Below are positions 12,687-22,937 of a DNA stretch of 64,000 bases, piece after piece. The notes under the pieces are model-generated. The model saw only the letters and a program-made list of their open reading frames with translations, ran no database searches and was not told where the DNA came from. The position numbers and the translations under genes were made by a program. Position 1 is the stretch's first letter; each line of letters starts with the position of its first letter. Origin of the DNA: Escherichia coli (GTDB lineage Bacteria > Pseudomonadota > Gammaproteobacteria > Enterobacterales > Enterobacteriaceae); assembly GCF_003334385.1 (NCBI RefSeq), contig NZ_QOWN01000002.1; one strand, 5' to 3'.

Positions 12687-13874
12687 ATGTTCCCTGTTTC
12701 ATCAATTGGTAATGATATTAGTAGTGATTTAGTCCGTCGAAAAATGAATGACCTTCCTGAAAGCCCAACAGGAAATAACCTCGAAGCACTAGCACCAGGT
12801 ATAGAAAAACTAAAACAGACCTCTATTGAAATGGTCACTTTACTTAACACGTTACAACCTGGTGGAAAATGCATTATCACTGGTGATTTTCAAAAAGAAT
12901 TAGCGTACTTACAAAATGTAATTCTTTATAATGCCTCGTCTCTTCGTCTGGATTTTTTAGGTTATAACGCCCAAATTATTCAACGATCGGACAATACTTG
13001 TGAACTTACCATTAATGAACCGTTAAAAAACCAGGAAATATCCACAGGTAATATCAATATTAATTGCCCATTAAAAGATATTTACAATGAAATCAGGAGG
13101 TTAAACGTAATTTTTAGTTGTGGGACTGGAGATATCGTTGATCTATCCTCTCTGGACTTACGTAATGTCGATTTAGATTATTATGATTTCACAGATAAAC
13201 ATATGGCTAATACTATTTTAAATCCTTTTAAATTGAATTCAACAAATTTTACTAATGCCAACATGTTTCAGGTTAATTTTGTTAGTTCAACACAAAACGC
13301 CACAATCTCCTGGGATTATTTACTAAAAATAACGCCTGTTTTAATAAGCATTAGCGATATGTATTCTGAAGAAAAAATCAAGTTTGTCGAAAGTTGTTTA
13401 AATGAGCCTGGAGACATTACCGAAGAACAATTAAAAATTATGAGATTTGCAATTATAAAATCTATACCAAGGGCAACTCTTACAGATAAATTAGAAAATG
13501 AATTAACAAAAGAAATATATAAAAGCTCATCGAAAATCATCAATTGCTTGAACAGAATTAAATTACCAGAGATGAAAGAATTCTCATCAGAAAAAATATA
13601 TGATTACATCGATATAATCATTGAAGATTATGAAAATATCAAAGAAAATGCTTATCTGGTCGTCCCCCAAATTAATTATACTATGGATTTAAACATAGAA
13701 GACTCTAGCTCAGAAGAGTTACTTTCAGATAATACCCTCGAGAAAGACGAAAATTCTCCGGACAATGGCTTTGAGGTCGGGGAATATAACACATATGAAG
13801 CATATAACTCAGAGAAGCAATATTTTACCAGAGAGGACTATACGTATGATTACGACCTTTTAAATGCAATATAG
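12687..13874 (+). CDS. yhaC: Uncharacterized protein YhaC, 395 aa, with a pentapeptide-repeat block and an acidic Tyr/Glu/Asp-rich C-terminal tail
   Basis: Track ORF, AT-rich. Residues ~158-198 (RNVDL DYYDF TDKHM ANTIL NPFKL NSTNF TNANM FQVNF) have a hydrophobic residue at every fifth position. Confidence 0.8.
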   Translation: MFPVSSIGNDISSDLVRRKMNDLPESPTGNNLEALAPGIEKLKQTSIEMVTLLNTLQPGGKCIITGDFQKELAYLQNVILYNASSLRLDFLGYNAQIIQRSDNTCELTINEPLKNQEISTGNININCPLKDIYNEIRRLNVIFSCGTGDIVDLSSLDLRNVDLDYYDFTDKHMANTILNPFKLNSTNFTNANMFQVNFVSSTQNATISWDYLLKITPVLISISDMYSEEKIKFVESCLNEPGDITEEQLKIMRFAIIKSIPRATLTDKLENELTKEIYKSSSKIINCLNRIKLPEMKEFSSEKIYDYIDIIIEDYENIKENAYLVVPQINYTMDLNIEDSSSEELLSDNTLEKDENSPDNGFEVGEYNTYEAYNSEKQYFTREDYTYDYDLLNAI

Positions 13875-13989
13875 ACTTAATAACTTCTTACAAAGTCTAT
13901 TATTAATACCGTAGATATTTATTCATCTTACCCTGTGCACCAAAAGCAAAAACTCACTGACGCGGGTTTGAAACTGATGGCAACCGCAA

Positions 13990-14100
13990 AAATGCCTGAT
14001 GCGCTACGCTTATCAGGCCTACGCCATCTCTGCAATATATTGAATTTGCGTGCTTTTGTAGGCAGGATAAGGCGTTCACGCCGCATCCGGCATGAATAAA
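13990..14100. repeat. REP/BIME element (two palindromic units)
   Basis: gcctgatgcgctacgcttatcaggcctac and ggcaggataaggcgttcacgccgcatccggcatg are classic REP sequences. Coordinates approximate. Confidence 0.75.
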
Positions 14101-14117
14101 GCGCACTCAACAATCTG

Positions 14118-14487
14118 AAACCCGCCGGAACGGTTTATTACGTACATCAGGTAAAACTGACCGATAAGCCGCTTTCTTTTGGGTATAGTGTCGTGGACAG
14201 TCATTCATCTTTCTGCCCCTCCAAAAGTAAAAACCCGCCGAAGCGGGTTTTTACGTAAAACAGGTGAAACTGACCGATAAGCCGCTTTCTTTTGGGTATA
14301 GTGTCGTGGACAGTCATTCATCTTTCTGCCCCTCCAAAAGCAAAAACCCGCCGAAGCGGGTTTTTACGTAAACCAGGTGAAACTGACCGATAAGCCGCTT
14401 TCTTTTGGGTATAGCGTCGTGGACAGTCATTCATCTTTCTGCCCCTCCAAAAGCAAAAACCCGCCGAAGCGGGTTTTTACGTAAATC
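14118..14487. repeat. Three tandem 113-bp direct repeats in the rnpB 3' flank, each with a terminator-like hairpin
   Basis: The unit caggtgaaactgaccgataagccgctttcttttgggtatagtgtcgtggacagtcattcatctttctgcccctccaaaag-aaaaacccgccgaagcgggtttttacgtaaa recurs with a 113-bp period. Each copy shares about 45 nt with the 3' end of rnpB and carries the hairpin aaacccgc-cgaa-gcgggttt. A degenerate partial copy precedes them near 14118. Confidence 0.85.
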
Positions 14488-14864
<377 letters not shown>

Positions 14865-14896
14865 GGCGCGCAGTATAGAGGGTTTGCGCGCCCTTG

Positions 14897-16042
14897 TCAC
14901 CCCGCGTTGCGCATTCCAATCGCCAGTGTCGCGGCGATATTACGTGAAGCACGGCAGATATTGTCATAAGCCCCGCGGAATGCTTCGTCCAACGTACCTA
15001 TGCTGGTCAATACGCTGAAGACCGCATCAATGCCATGCTGATGTACAACGCCAACATCATCGGTCAGGCTACCCGCAATGCCAATCACCGGTTTATGGTA
15101 CTTCTTCGCCACGTTTGCGACACCAATCGGTACCTTCCCGTGAATACTCTGGCTGTCAATACGCCCTTCACCGGTGATCACCAGCGTACAATCGTGAATA
15201 TGTTCCTCCAGATTCAGCGCCGTAGTGACGATTTCAATACCACTTTTCAGTTCCGCACCAAGAAACGCCATTAGCGCCGCGCCCATACCACCCGCAGCTC
15301 CTGCACCGGGGACATCTTTCACATCAACATGCAGCGCTTTTTTAATGACCTCGGCATAGTGAGAGAGGTTATTGTCCAGCTCAACAATCATCGCTTCACT
15401 GGCTCCCTTTTGTGGGCCAAAGATGCGCGATGCGCCGTTATCGCCCACCAGCGGATTGGTGACATCACAAGCGACGCGAATGACGCAATCTTTTAAGCGC
15501 GGATCGAGGCCGGAAATATCAATATCATTCAGAGTATTAAGACTACCGCCGCCAAAACCAATTTCATTGCCGTTGGCGTCGCATAATTTCGCCCCCAGCG
15601 CCTGTACCATGCCTGCGCCGCCATCATTTGTAGCGCTGCCGCCAATGCCGATAATAATGTTTGTCGCACCGCTCTCCAGCGCCTGCAGGATTAACTCGCC
15701 TGTGCCGCGTGAAGTGGTCACGAGTGGATCGCGTTTTTCCGCAGGTACCAGCTCCAGCCCACTGGCCGCCGCCATTTCAATAAACGCGGTTTTGCCATCG
15801 CCGGAGATCCCCCAACTGGCATTCACTTTCTCGCCCAGCGGCCCTGTAACCCAGGCGTGACGTTCAGCCCCCTGGGTGGCTGCAATCATCGCTTCCACCG
15901 TTCCTTCGCCACCGTCGGCAACCGGAACAGAAACGTACTGTGCATCAGGAAAAATTTCCCGAAATCCTTTTTCTATCGCCTGCGCAACCTCGCTGGCAGA
16001 TAAACTTTCTTTATAAGAGTCTGGGGCGATTACGATTTTCAT
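14897..16042 (-). CDS. garK: Glycerate 2-kinase GarK, 381 aa
   Basis: Track ORF 14897..16123; start set at internal ATG giving MKIVIAPDSYKESLSA (glycerate kinase family). Confidence 0.9.
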   Translation of the reverse strand: MKIVIAPDSYKESLSASEVAQAIEKGFREIFPDAQYVSVPVADGGEGTVEAMIAATQGAERHAWVTGPLGEKVNASWGISGDGKTAFIEMAAASGLELVPAEKRDPLVTTSRGTGELILQALESGATNIIIGIGGSATNDGGAGMVQALGAKLCDANGNEIGFGGGSLNTLNDIDISGLDPRLKDCVIRVACDVTNPLVGDNGASRIFGPQKGASEAMIVELDNNLSHYAEVIKKALHVDVKDVPGAGAAGGMGAALMAFLGAELKSGIEIVTTALNLEEHIHDCTLVITGEGRIDSQSIHGKVPIGVANVAKKYHKPVIGIAGSLTDDVGVVHQHGIDAVFSVLTSIGTLDEAFRGAYDNICRASRNIAATLAIGMRNAG

Positions 16043-16138
16043 ACCTATGCCTGTTACCACATGACGCCGGAGGGCGTTTCTCTTATTCGGCCTGGATTCC
16101 AGGCCCGGATTGCAATACGCCATCCGGGCACGACGTCA

Positions 16139-17029
16139 TTAACGAGTAACTTCGACTTTCGCCAGTTTTTCGTAGTAGCACGCCAGGGCGCTATGATCCG
16201 CCGTTCCTAAACCATCTGCTCGCAGTGCCTGCATCATCTCCATAACCGCAGCTGTGAGCGGCAGTTGTGCGCCGACGCCGTGAGAAGTATCCAGCGCATT
16301 CGCCAGATCCTTAATATGCAGATCAATACGGAAGCCCGGCTTGAAGTTGCGGTCCATCACCATCGGCGCTTTGGCATCCAGCACGGTACTGCCCGCCAGT
16401 CCACCGCGAATTGCCTGATAAACCAGGTCCGGGTTAACGCCCGCTTTAGTTGCCAGCGTTAACGCTTCTGACATCGCGGCAATATTCAGCGCCACAATGA
16501 CCTGATTTGCCAGTTTGGTGACGTTACCTGCACCGATTTCCCCGGTATGCACCACGGAACCCGCCATCGCTTTCATCAAATCATAGTATTTGTCGAAAAT
16601 AGCCTTGTCGCCGCCCACCATCACTGACAGCGTACCGTCGATGGCTTTCGGTTCACCGCCGCTCACCGGAGCATCCAGCATATCAATGCCTTTCGCTTTC
16701 AGCGCTTCGCTGATTTCACGGCTTGCCAGCGGTGCGATAGAACTCATATCGATCAATACCGTACCTGGCTTCGCGCCTTCAATAATGCCATTCTCACCCA
16801 GCGCCACCTCTTTCACATGAGGGGAGTTTGGCAGCATGGTTATGATGACGTCGCACTGTTCAGCGATCGCTTTAGCCGTAGACGCTGTTTCTGCACCTGC
16901 AGCAATCACGTCAGCAATAGCTTCTGGGTTACGGTCAGCAACCACCAGCGAGTAACCTGCTTTCAGAAGGTTTTTACTCATTGGTTTACCCATAATCCCC
17001 AGGCCAATAAAACCAACTTTCATAGTCAT
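16139..17029 (-). CDS. garR: Tartronate semialdehyde reductase GarR, ~296 aa
   Basis: Track ORF 16139..17038; Rossmann motif GFIGLGIMG near the N-terminus. Three clustered in-frame ATGs; middle one chosen (MTMKVGF). Start uncertain by up to 9 nt. Confidence 0.88.
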   Translation of the reverse strand: MTMKVGFIGLGIMGKPMSKNLLKAGYSLVVADRNPEAIADVIAAGAETASTAKAIAEQCDVIITMLPNSPHVKEVALGENGIIEGAKPGTVLIDMSSIAPLASREISEALKAKGIDMLDAPVSGGEPKAIDGTLSVMVGGDKAIFDKYYDLMKAMAGSVVHTGEIGAGNVTKLANQVIVALNIAAMSEALTLATKAGVNPDLVYQAIRGGLAGSTVLDAKAPMVMDRNFKPGFRIDLHIKDLANALDTSHGVGAQLPLTAAVMEMMQALRADGLGTADHSALACYYEKLAKVEVTR

Positions 17030-17058
17030 ATCAATCATCTCTCTTGTTGCGGTGGTGG

Positions 17059-17829
17059 TTATTTTTTAAAGGTATCAGCCAGTTTCTGAGTGGCAGAGCG
17101 GAAGACGCCGAGATCGCTGCCGACAGCCACAAACGTCGCGCCCCATTCCAGATAACGACGCGCATCGGCTTCGACCGGCGCGAGGATACCGCTGGGTTTG
17201 CCGTGCGCGCTGGCACGGTTAAAAATGTGCTGAATTGCTTTTTGTACATCCGGGTGTGATGCATTGCCGAGATGGCCTAATGCCGCGGCCAGATCGCTGG
17301 GGCCGACGAAGATGCCGTCTACGCCTTCGGTAGCGGCAATGGCATCGACGTTATCTACGCCCTGCTGACTTTCTATCTGGACCAGAATAGTGATGTTCTT
17401 GTTCGACTGAGCGAAATAATCCGCCACGGTGCCAAACATATTGGCGCGGTGAGAAACGGAGACGCCGCGAATGCCTTCCGGTGGGTAACGGGTTGATGCC
17501 ACCGCCAGCTCTGCTTCCTCTTTTGTTTCTACAAAAGGAATCAGGAAGTTATAGAAACCGATATCCAGAAGACGCTTAATAATTACCGGCTCGTTGGTCG
17601 GCACTCGCACTACTGGCGCGCTGGCGCTGCCTTTCAAGGCCATTAACTGCGGAATAAACGTGGAGATATCGTTTGGCGCATGTTCGCCATCCAGCACCAG
17701 CCAGTCAAACCCAGCCAAACCAAGAACTTCAGTGCTAATCGGGTTAGAGAGTGCTGACCAGCAACCAATTTGTACCTGTTTCGCAGCCAGTGCGGCTTTG
17801 AATTTATTCGGGAAAACATCGTTATTCAT
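17059..17829 (-). CDS. garL: 2-dehydro-3-deoxyglucarate aldolase GarL, 256 aa
   Basis: Track ORF; HpcH/HpaI aldolase family, conserved gar operon position. Confidence 0.92.
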
Positions 17830-17844
17830 CGCTTATACCTTTGC

Positions 17845-19179
17845 TTATTTCTGCAATTCCATACGTTTAATGTCGCCAACTACGAAGAGGTAGCAGACCA
17901 TCGCCATCAGCGCTGAACATCCCACGAAAACCAGTGCTGCATTGAAGGAGTGCAGTTCACTTACCAGGTAGCCAATCACCAGTGGAGTGACAATGGAGGC
18001 AACATTGCCAAAGACGTTAAAGACGCCGCCGCAGAGGCCAACAATCTCTTTCGGCGCGGTGTCAGAAATCACCGGCCAGCCCAGCGCACCAAATCCTTTG
18101 CCAAAGAAAGCCAGCGCCATCAGCATGACCACCAGCGTGGTGTTGTTGGTGTAGTTACATAAGATGATGGTGGAAGCCAGCAACATTCCCAGCACAATCG
18201 GTAGCTTACGTGCCAGGGTCAGGGATAAACCGCGTTTGATCAGATAATCCGAGAAGACACCTCCCAGCACGCCGCCCGCAAAACCACACAGTGCTGGAAT
18301 CGAGGCGACCAGACCCACTTTCAGAATCGACATGCCTTTTTCCTGCACCAGATAAATCGGGAACCAGGTGAGGAAGAACCAGGTGATGGTGTTGATAAAA
18401 TATTGTCCGAAAAATACGCCCAGCATCATGCGGTTAGAGAGCAATTGCTTGATGTAATGCAGTTTGGGTCCGCTTGCTGCCGCACTGCCCGGCTTTTTGT
18501 GGTCCATATCGACCACCGCGCCATTTTCAGAGATAAACTTCAGCTCTTCCGCAGACATACGTGGGTGATCTGTCGGGTTATGAATCAACTTGATCCACAG
18601 CGCCGTCAGCACAAAACCAATCACCCCCATAACGGTAAAGACGTGCTCCCAGCCCCAGGCGAAAGTCAGCCAGCCAAGCAGCGGCGAAAAGAGCGCCAGC
18701 GAGAAATATTGCGCCGAGTTAAAGATGGCGGAGGCAGTACCACGTTCTTTCGTCGGGAACCAGGCGGCGACAATTCGGGCGTTCGCCGGGAATGATGGCG
18801 CTTCCGAGAAGCCGAGCATAAAGCGCATAAAGAACATGGAGATCCCTGCCCAGGCCAGCGGGAACATATCAACAAAGCCTTGCAGGAAGGTGAATAGCGA
18901 CCAGAAAAAGAGGCTGTAGGTGTAAACTTTTTTCGAGCCAAACTTATCAAGCAGCCAGCCGCCGGGGATTTGCATCAGCAAGTAGGCCCAGCCAAAAGCG
19001 GAGAAGATGTAACCCATCGAAACCGCACTTAACTGCAACTCTTTTGCCACTTCGGTACCAGCAATAGACAGCGTTGCACGATCGGCGTAGTTAACGGCGG
19101 TAACAATAAAAATAATCAGTAATATTAAATAGCGGGTATGCACGCCTTTCTTTTTTTCGTCAACGGTGTCCAGAATCAT
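17845..19179 (-). CDS. garP: Galactarate/glucarate MFS transporter GarP, 444 aa
   Basis: Track ORF; 12-helix MFS anion:cation symporter as first gene of garPLRK. Confidence 0.92.
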   Translation of the reverse strand: MILDTVDEKKKGVHTRYLILLIIFIVTAVNYADRATLSIAGTEVAKELQLSAVSMGYIFSAFGWAYLLMQIPGGWLLDKFGSKKVYTYSLFFWSLFTFLQGFVDMFPLAWAGISMFFMRFMLGFSEAPSFPANARIVAAWFPTKERGTASAIFNSAQYFSLALFSPLLGWLTFAWGWEHVFTVMGVIGFVLTALWIKLIHNPTDHPRMSAEELKFISENGAVVDMDHKKPGSAAASGPKLHYIKQLLSNRMMLGVFFGQYFINTITWFFLTWFPIYLVQEKGMSILKVGLVASIPALCGFAGGVLGGVFSDYLIKRGLSLTLARKLPIVLGMLLASTIILCNYTNNTTLVVMLMALAFFGKGFGALGWPVISDTAPKEIVGLCGGVFNVFGNVASIVTPLVIGYLVSELHSFNAALVFVGCSALMAMVCYLFVVGDIKRMELQK

Positions 19180-19553
19180 TTTATTTACCTCGGGTACTTA
19201 TGCTGATTTTTATTATTATGGGGAAGGTGTTATTTATGAGTTTCATTTATGCCGTAACGACAATGAACTCGGGAATTAGTATAAGCAGCGCGAGAATAAT
19301 AATCATTGTGCAAATGCTAATTTAATTAATACTATTTAAATATTATTTTGAGCATATGCACATAAGGTTGCGCGCTAAAGCACAGATTTGCGCTTTACCT
19401 TACCGGGCGGCACTGCAATCCCTGAAATGATTGACATTGATCACATTTCTGCGTTTAAACTCCTGACATTCTTATTTCACCCAATGAAGTCATTTATTTT
19501 TAAATGAGACCAGGTCCTCATTTTAATAACCCCTGGCTGGAGAATATTGCACA

Positions 19554-21125
19554 ATGGCCAACATCGAAATCAGACAAGAAACGCCAACTGCGTTTTATAT
19601 AAAAGTTCACGACACAGATAATGTGGCAATTATTGTTAATGATAATGGCCTGAAAGCAGGAACGCGTTTTCCGGATGGGCTGGAATTAATTGAACATATT
19701 CCCCAGGGGCATAAAGTCGCATTGCTGGACATTCCGGCTAATGGTGAAATTATTCGTTATGGCGAAGTGATTGGTTACGCCGTGCGTGCAATCCCACGCG
19801 GAAGCTGGATCGACGAATCAATGGTTGTACTACCGGAAGCGCCGCCGTTACACACGCTGCCACTGGCAACCAAAGTCCCGGAACCCTTACCGCCGCTGGA
19901 AGGATACACCTTTGAGGGCTATCGCAATGCCGATGGCAGCGTGGGCACCAAAAACCTGCTCGGTATCACCACCAGCGTCCACTGTGTGGCAGGCGTGGTG
20001 GACTATGTAGTAAAAATCATTGAACGCGATCTGCTACCGAAATACCCGAACGTCGATGGCGTGGTGGGGCTGAATCATTTGTACGGTTGTGGCGTGGCGA
20101 TTAACGCACCGGCGGCAGTTGTACCTATCCGTACCATTCACAATATTTCGCTGAATCCTAACTTTGGCGGCGAAGTAATGGTGATTGGCCTGGGTTGTGA
20201 AAAGTTGCAGCCTGAGCGCCTGCTGACTGGAACGGATGATGTGCAAGCTATTCCAGTAGAAAGCGCCAGCATTGTCAGTTTGCAGGATGAAAAGCATGTC
20301 GGTTTTCAGTCCATGGTCGAGGATATTTTGCAGATCGCCGAACGCCATCTACAAAAACTGAATCAACGGCAGCGAGAAACCTGCCCGGCTTCAGAACTGG
20401 TCGTTGGTATGCAGTGCGGTGGCAGCGATGCGTTTTCTGGTGTAACGGCAAACCCGGCGGTTGGCTATGCGTCTGATCTACTGGTGCGCTGCGGCGCAAC
20501 GGTGATGTTTTCAGAAGTAACGGAAGTGCGTGACGCGATCCATCTGCTGACACCACGCGCAGTGAACGAAGAGGTCGGCAAACGGCTGCTGGAGGAGATG
20601 GAGTGGTACGATAACTATCTCAATATGGGAAAAACCGACCGCAGCGCCAACCCTTCGCCGGGCAACAAGAAAGGCGGTCTGGCAAACGTGGTAGAGAAGG
20701 CACTCGGCTCCATTGCTAAATCGGGTAAAAGCGCAATTGTTGAAGTGCTGTCGCCCGGTCAACGCCCGACTAAACGCGGATTAATTTACGCCGCGACGCC
20801 AGCCAGCGATTTTGTCTGTGGCACGCAACAGGTGGCTTCGGGTATCACAGTGCAAGTGTTTACGACCGGTCGTGGTACGCCGTACGGCCTGATGGCGGTA
20901 CCCGTCATTAAAATGGCAACCCGCACCGAGCTGGCGAACCGCTGGTTTGATTTAATGGATATTAATGCGGGCACCATCGCTACCGGCGAAGAAACTATTG
21001 AAGAGGTGGGCTGGAAGTTGTTCCACTTTATTCTCGACGTCGCCAGCGGGAAGAAGAAAACCTTCTCGGATCAATGGGGGCTGCATAACCAGCTGGCGGT
21101 GTTTAACCCGGCACCGGTGACCTGA
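19554..21125 (+). CDS. garD: Galactarate dehydratase GarD, 523 aa
   Basis: Track ORF; divergent from garP across a ~370-bp AT-rich control region. Confidence 0.93.
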   Translation: MANIEIRQETPTAFYIKVHDTDNVAIIVNDNGLKAGTRFPDGLELIEHIPQGHKVALLDIPANGEIIRYGEVIGYAVRAIPRGSWIDESMVVLPEAPPLHTLPLATKVPEPLPPLEGYTFEGYRNADGSVGTKNLLGITTSVHCVAGVVDYVVKIIERDLLPKYPNVDGVVGLNHLYGCGVAINAPAAVVPIRTIHNISLNPNFGGEVMVIGLGCEKLQPERLLTGTDDVQAIPVESASIVSLQDEKHVGFQSMVEDILQIAERHLQKLNQRQRETCPASELVVGMQCGGSDAFSGVTANPAVGYASDLLVRCGATVMFSEVTEVRDAIHLLTPRAVNEEVGKRLLEEMEWYDNYLNMGKTDRSANPSPGNKKGGLANVVEKALGSIAKSGKSAIVEVLSPGQRPTKRGLIYAATPASDFVCGTQQVASGITVQVFTTGRGTPYGLMAVPVIKMATRTELANRWFDLMDINAGTIATGEETIEEVGWKLFHFILDVASGKKKTFSDQWGLHNQLAVFNPAPVT

Positions 21126-21147
21126 TTTCTTTTGGAACGTCCCTCGC

Positions 21148-21178
21148 AAAACATGGCCTTAGTGCCATGTTTTTATTG
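21148..21178 (+). terminator. Rho-independent terminator downstream of garD
   Basis: Hairpin acatggc-cttagt-gccatgt followed by ttttatt. Coordinates approximate. Confidence 0.6.
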
Positions 21179-21201
21179 TTTAAAGCCCCCACGTCCATTA
21201 A

Positions 21202-21217
21202 TAATGCATTTGCATTA
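21202..21217. promoter_or_regulatory. Palindromic operator in the prlF-yhaV promoter (candidate PrlF/YhaV autoregulatory site)
   Basis: Perfect inverted repeat taatgca-tt-tgcatta about 15 bp upstream of a ttataat -10-like hexamer and ~55 bp upstream of prlF. Confidence 0.5.
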
Positions 21218-21273
21218 CCTTAGTTCAAGCTTATAATTTGAGCAGAAAACAGGCTGTAAAAGGACAGTGAATC

Positions 21274-21609
21274 ATGCCCGCTAATGCTCGCTCTCACGCT
21301 GTACTGACCACTGAATCAAAGGTCACGATACGCGGACAAACAACTATCCCCGCGCCAGTGCGTGAGGCCTTAAAACTGAAGCCAGGCCAGGACAGCATTC
21401 ATTACGAAATTCTGCCTGGTGGGCAAGTATTTATGTGCCGACTGGGAGATGAACAGGAGGATCATACTATGAATGCATTTTTGCGTTTTCTGGATGCAGA
21501 TATCCAGAACAACCCGCAAAAAACTCGTCCATTCAACATTCAACAAGGAAAGAAACTTGTCGCTGGCATGGACGTCAACATTGATGATGAGATTGGCGAC
21601 GACGAATAA
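21274..21609 (+). CDS. prlF: Antitoxin PrlF (SohA), AbrB/SpoVT-type DNA-binding, 111 aa
   Basis: Track ORF; acidic C-terminal tail; stop overlaps the yhaV start (TAATG). Confidence 0.9.
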   Translation: MPANARSHAVLTTESKVTIRGQTTIPAPVREALKLKPGQDSIHYEILPGGQVFMCRLGDEQEDHTMNAFLRFLDADIQNNPQKTRPFNIQQGKKLVAGMDVNIDDEIGDDE

Positions 21610-22073
21610 TGGATTTTCCACAAAGGGTTAATGGTTGGGCGCTATATGCTCATCCCTGTTTTCAGGAAACCTACGACGCTTTAGTTGCCGAAGTCGAGAC
21701 ATTAAAGGGAAAAGATCCTGAAAATTATCAGAGAAAAGCCGCCACAAAGTTATTGGCGGTAGTCCATAAAGTGATTGAGGAGCATATCACGGTCAATCCA
21801 TCATCACCGGCATTCCGTCATGGCAAGTCGTTAGGCTCTGGGAAAAATAAAGACTGGTCACGGGTAAAATTTGGTGCTGGTCGTTATCGTCTCTTCTTTC
21901 GTTATAGTGAAAAAGAGAAAGTCATCATTCTGGGATGGATGAACGATGAAAACACTCTGCGCACCTACGGTAAAAAAACAGATGCCTATACCGTATTCAG
22001 CAAAATGTTAAAAAGAGGACATCCTCCTGCCGACTGGGAAACCCTCACCCGAGAAACAGAAGAAACCCATTGA
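21609..22073 (+). CDS. yhaV: Toxin YhaV (ribosome-dependent mRNA endoribonuclease), 154 aa
   Basis: Track ORF translationally coupled to prlF; matches YhaV. Confidence 0.9.
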   Translation: MDFPQRVNGWALYAHPCFQETYDALVAEVETLKGKDPENYQRKAATKLLAVVHKVIEEHITVNPSSPAFRHGKSLGSGKNKDWSRVKFGAGRYRLFFRYSEKEKVIILGWMNDENTLRTYGKKTDAYTVFSKMLKRGHPPADWETLTRETEETH

Positions 22074-22127
22074 TGGTGTTCACAATGCCCGCCGAACGCA
22101 TTCGTGTTGACCAGCGGGCATCCTTTC

Positions 22128-22937
22128 TCACTCCCCGACCAGAATCACTTCAACCCCAGCCTTTCGCAGTCCTTCCAGGCTATCCGCAGGAATGCCTTCA
22201 TCAACAATGATCATGTCGATACGTTGAGTATCAATGATCTTATGTAAACTGGAACGATTGAACTTACTGGAATCGGTGACCACGATGATCCGTTCCGCAA
22301 CTTCGCACATCCGACGGTTTAAACGAGCTTCATCTTCATTATGTGTGCTGACGCCGCGCTCCAGATCGATCGCATCTACACCAAGAAACAGCATATCGAA
22401 GTGGTAATTTTGCAGCGATTGCTCAGCCTGATCGCCGTAAAAAGATTGCGACTGACGGCGCAAATGCCCGCCGGTCATCAGCAGCTCAACGCCTTCCGCT
22501 TCCAGCAACGCATTAGCCACGTTCATACCGTTGGTCATCGCAATTACGTCAGTGTGCTTGCGCATCAGACGAGCAATCTCAAAAGTGGTGGTCCCGGAAT
22601 CGAGGATAACCCGATGACCTGGCTGAATCAACTCAACGGCAGCTTTCGCAACGCTGCGTTTCATCGCGGTGTTCAGTGCGCTTTTATCTTCCACTGATGG
22701 CTCGACTGACGGCGTCGTGCTATCGCAGATCAACGCGCCACCATAGGCACGCACAGCGATCCCCTGCTTTTCCAGAAACGCCAGATCGTTGCGGATCGTC
22801 ACAGTAGATACGCCATACAATGCCGACAGATCGTTAACCTGCACACTCCCTTGCTGTCGCAGACGCTGAATGATCTGTTCTCGTCGCTCGCTGGTGCCAG
22901 TCACTCGCTTCTCACCTGAAGCGTCGGTATTACTCAT
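22128..22937 (-). CDS. agaR: DeoR-family repressor AgaR of the aga/kba regulon, 269 aa
   Basis: Track ORF; N-terminal helix-turn-helix and C-terminal sugar-phosphate binding domain, divergent from kbaZ. Confidence 0.92.

Noticed and set aside
14118-14487. Possible CRISPR array suggested by regularly spaced direct repeats
   Set aside because: The period is 113 bp with near-identical full-length units and no unique spacers, and no cas genes are nearby. These are the rnpB 3' tandem repeats.
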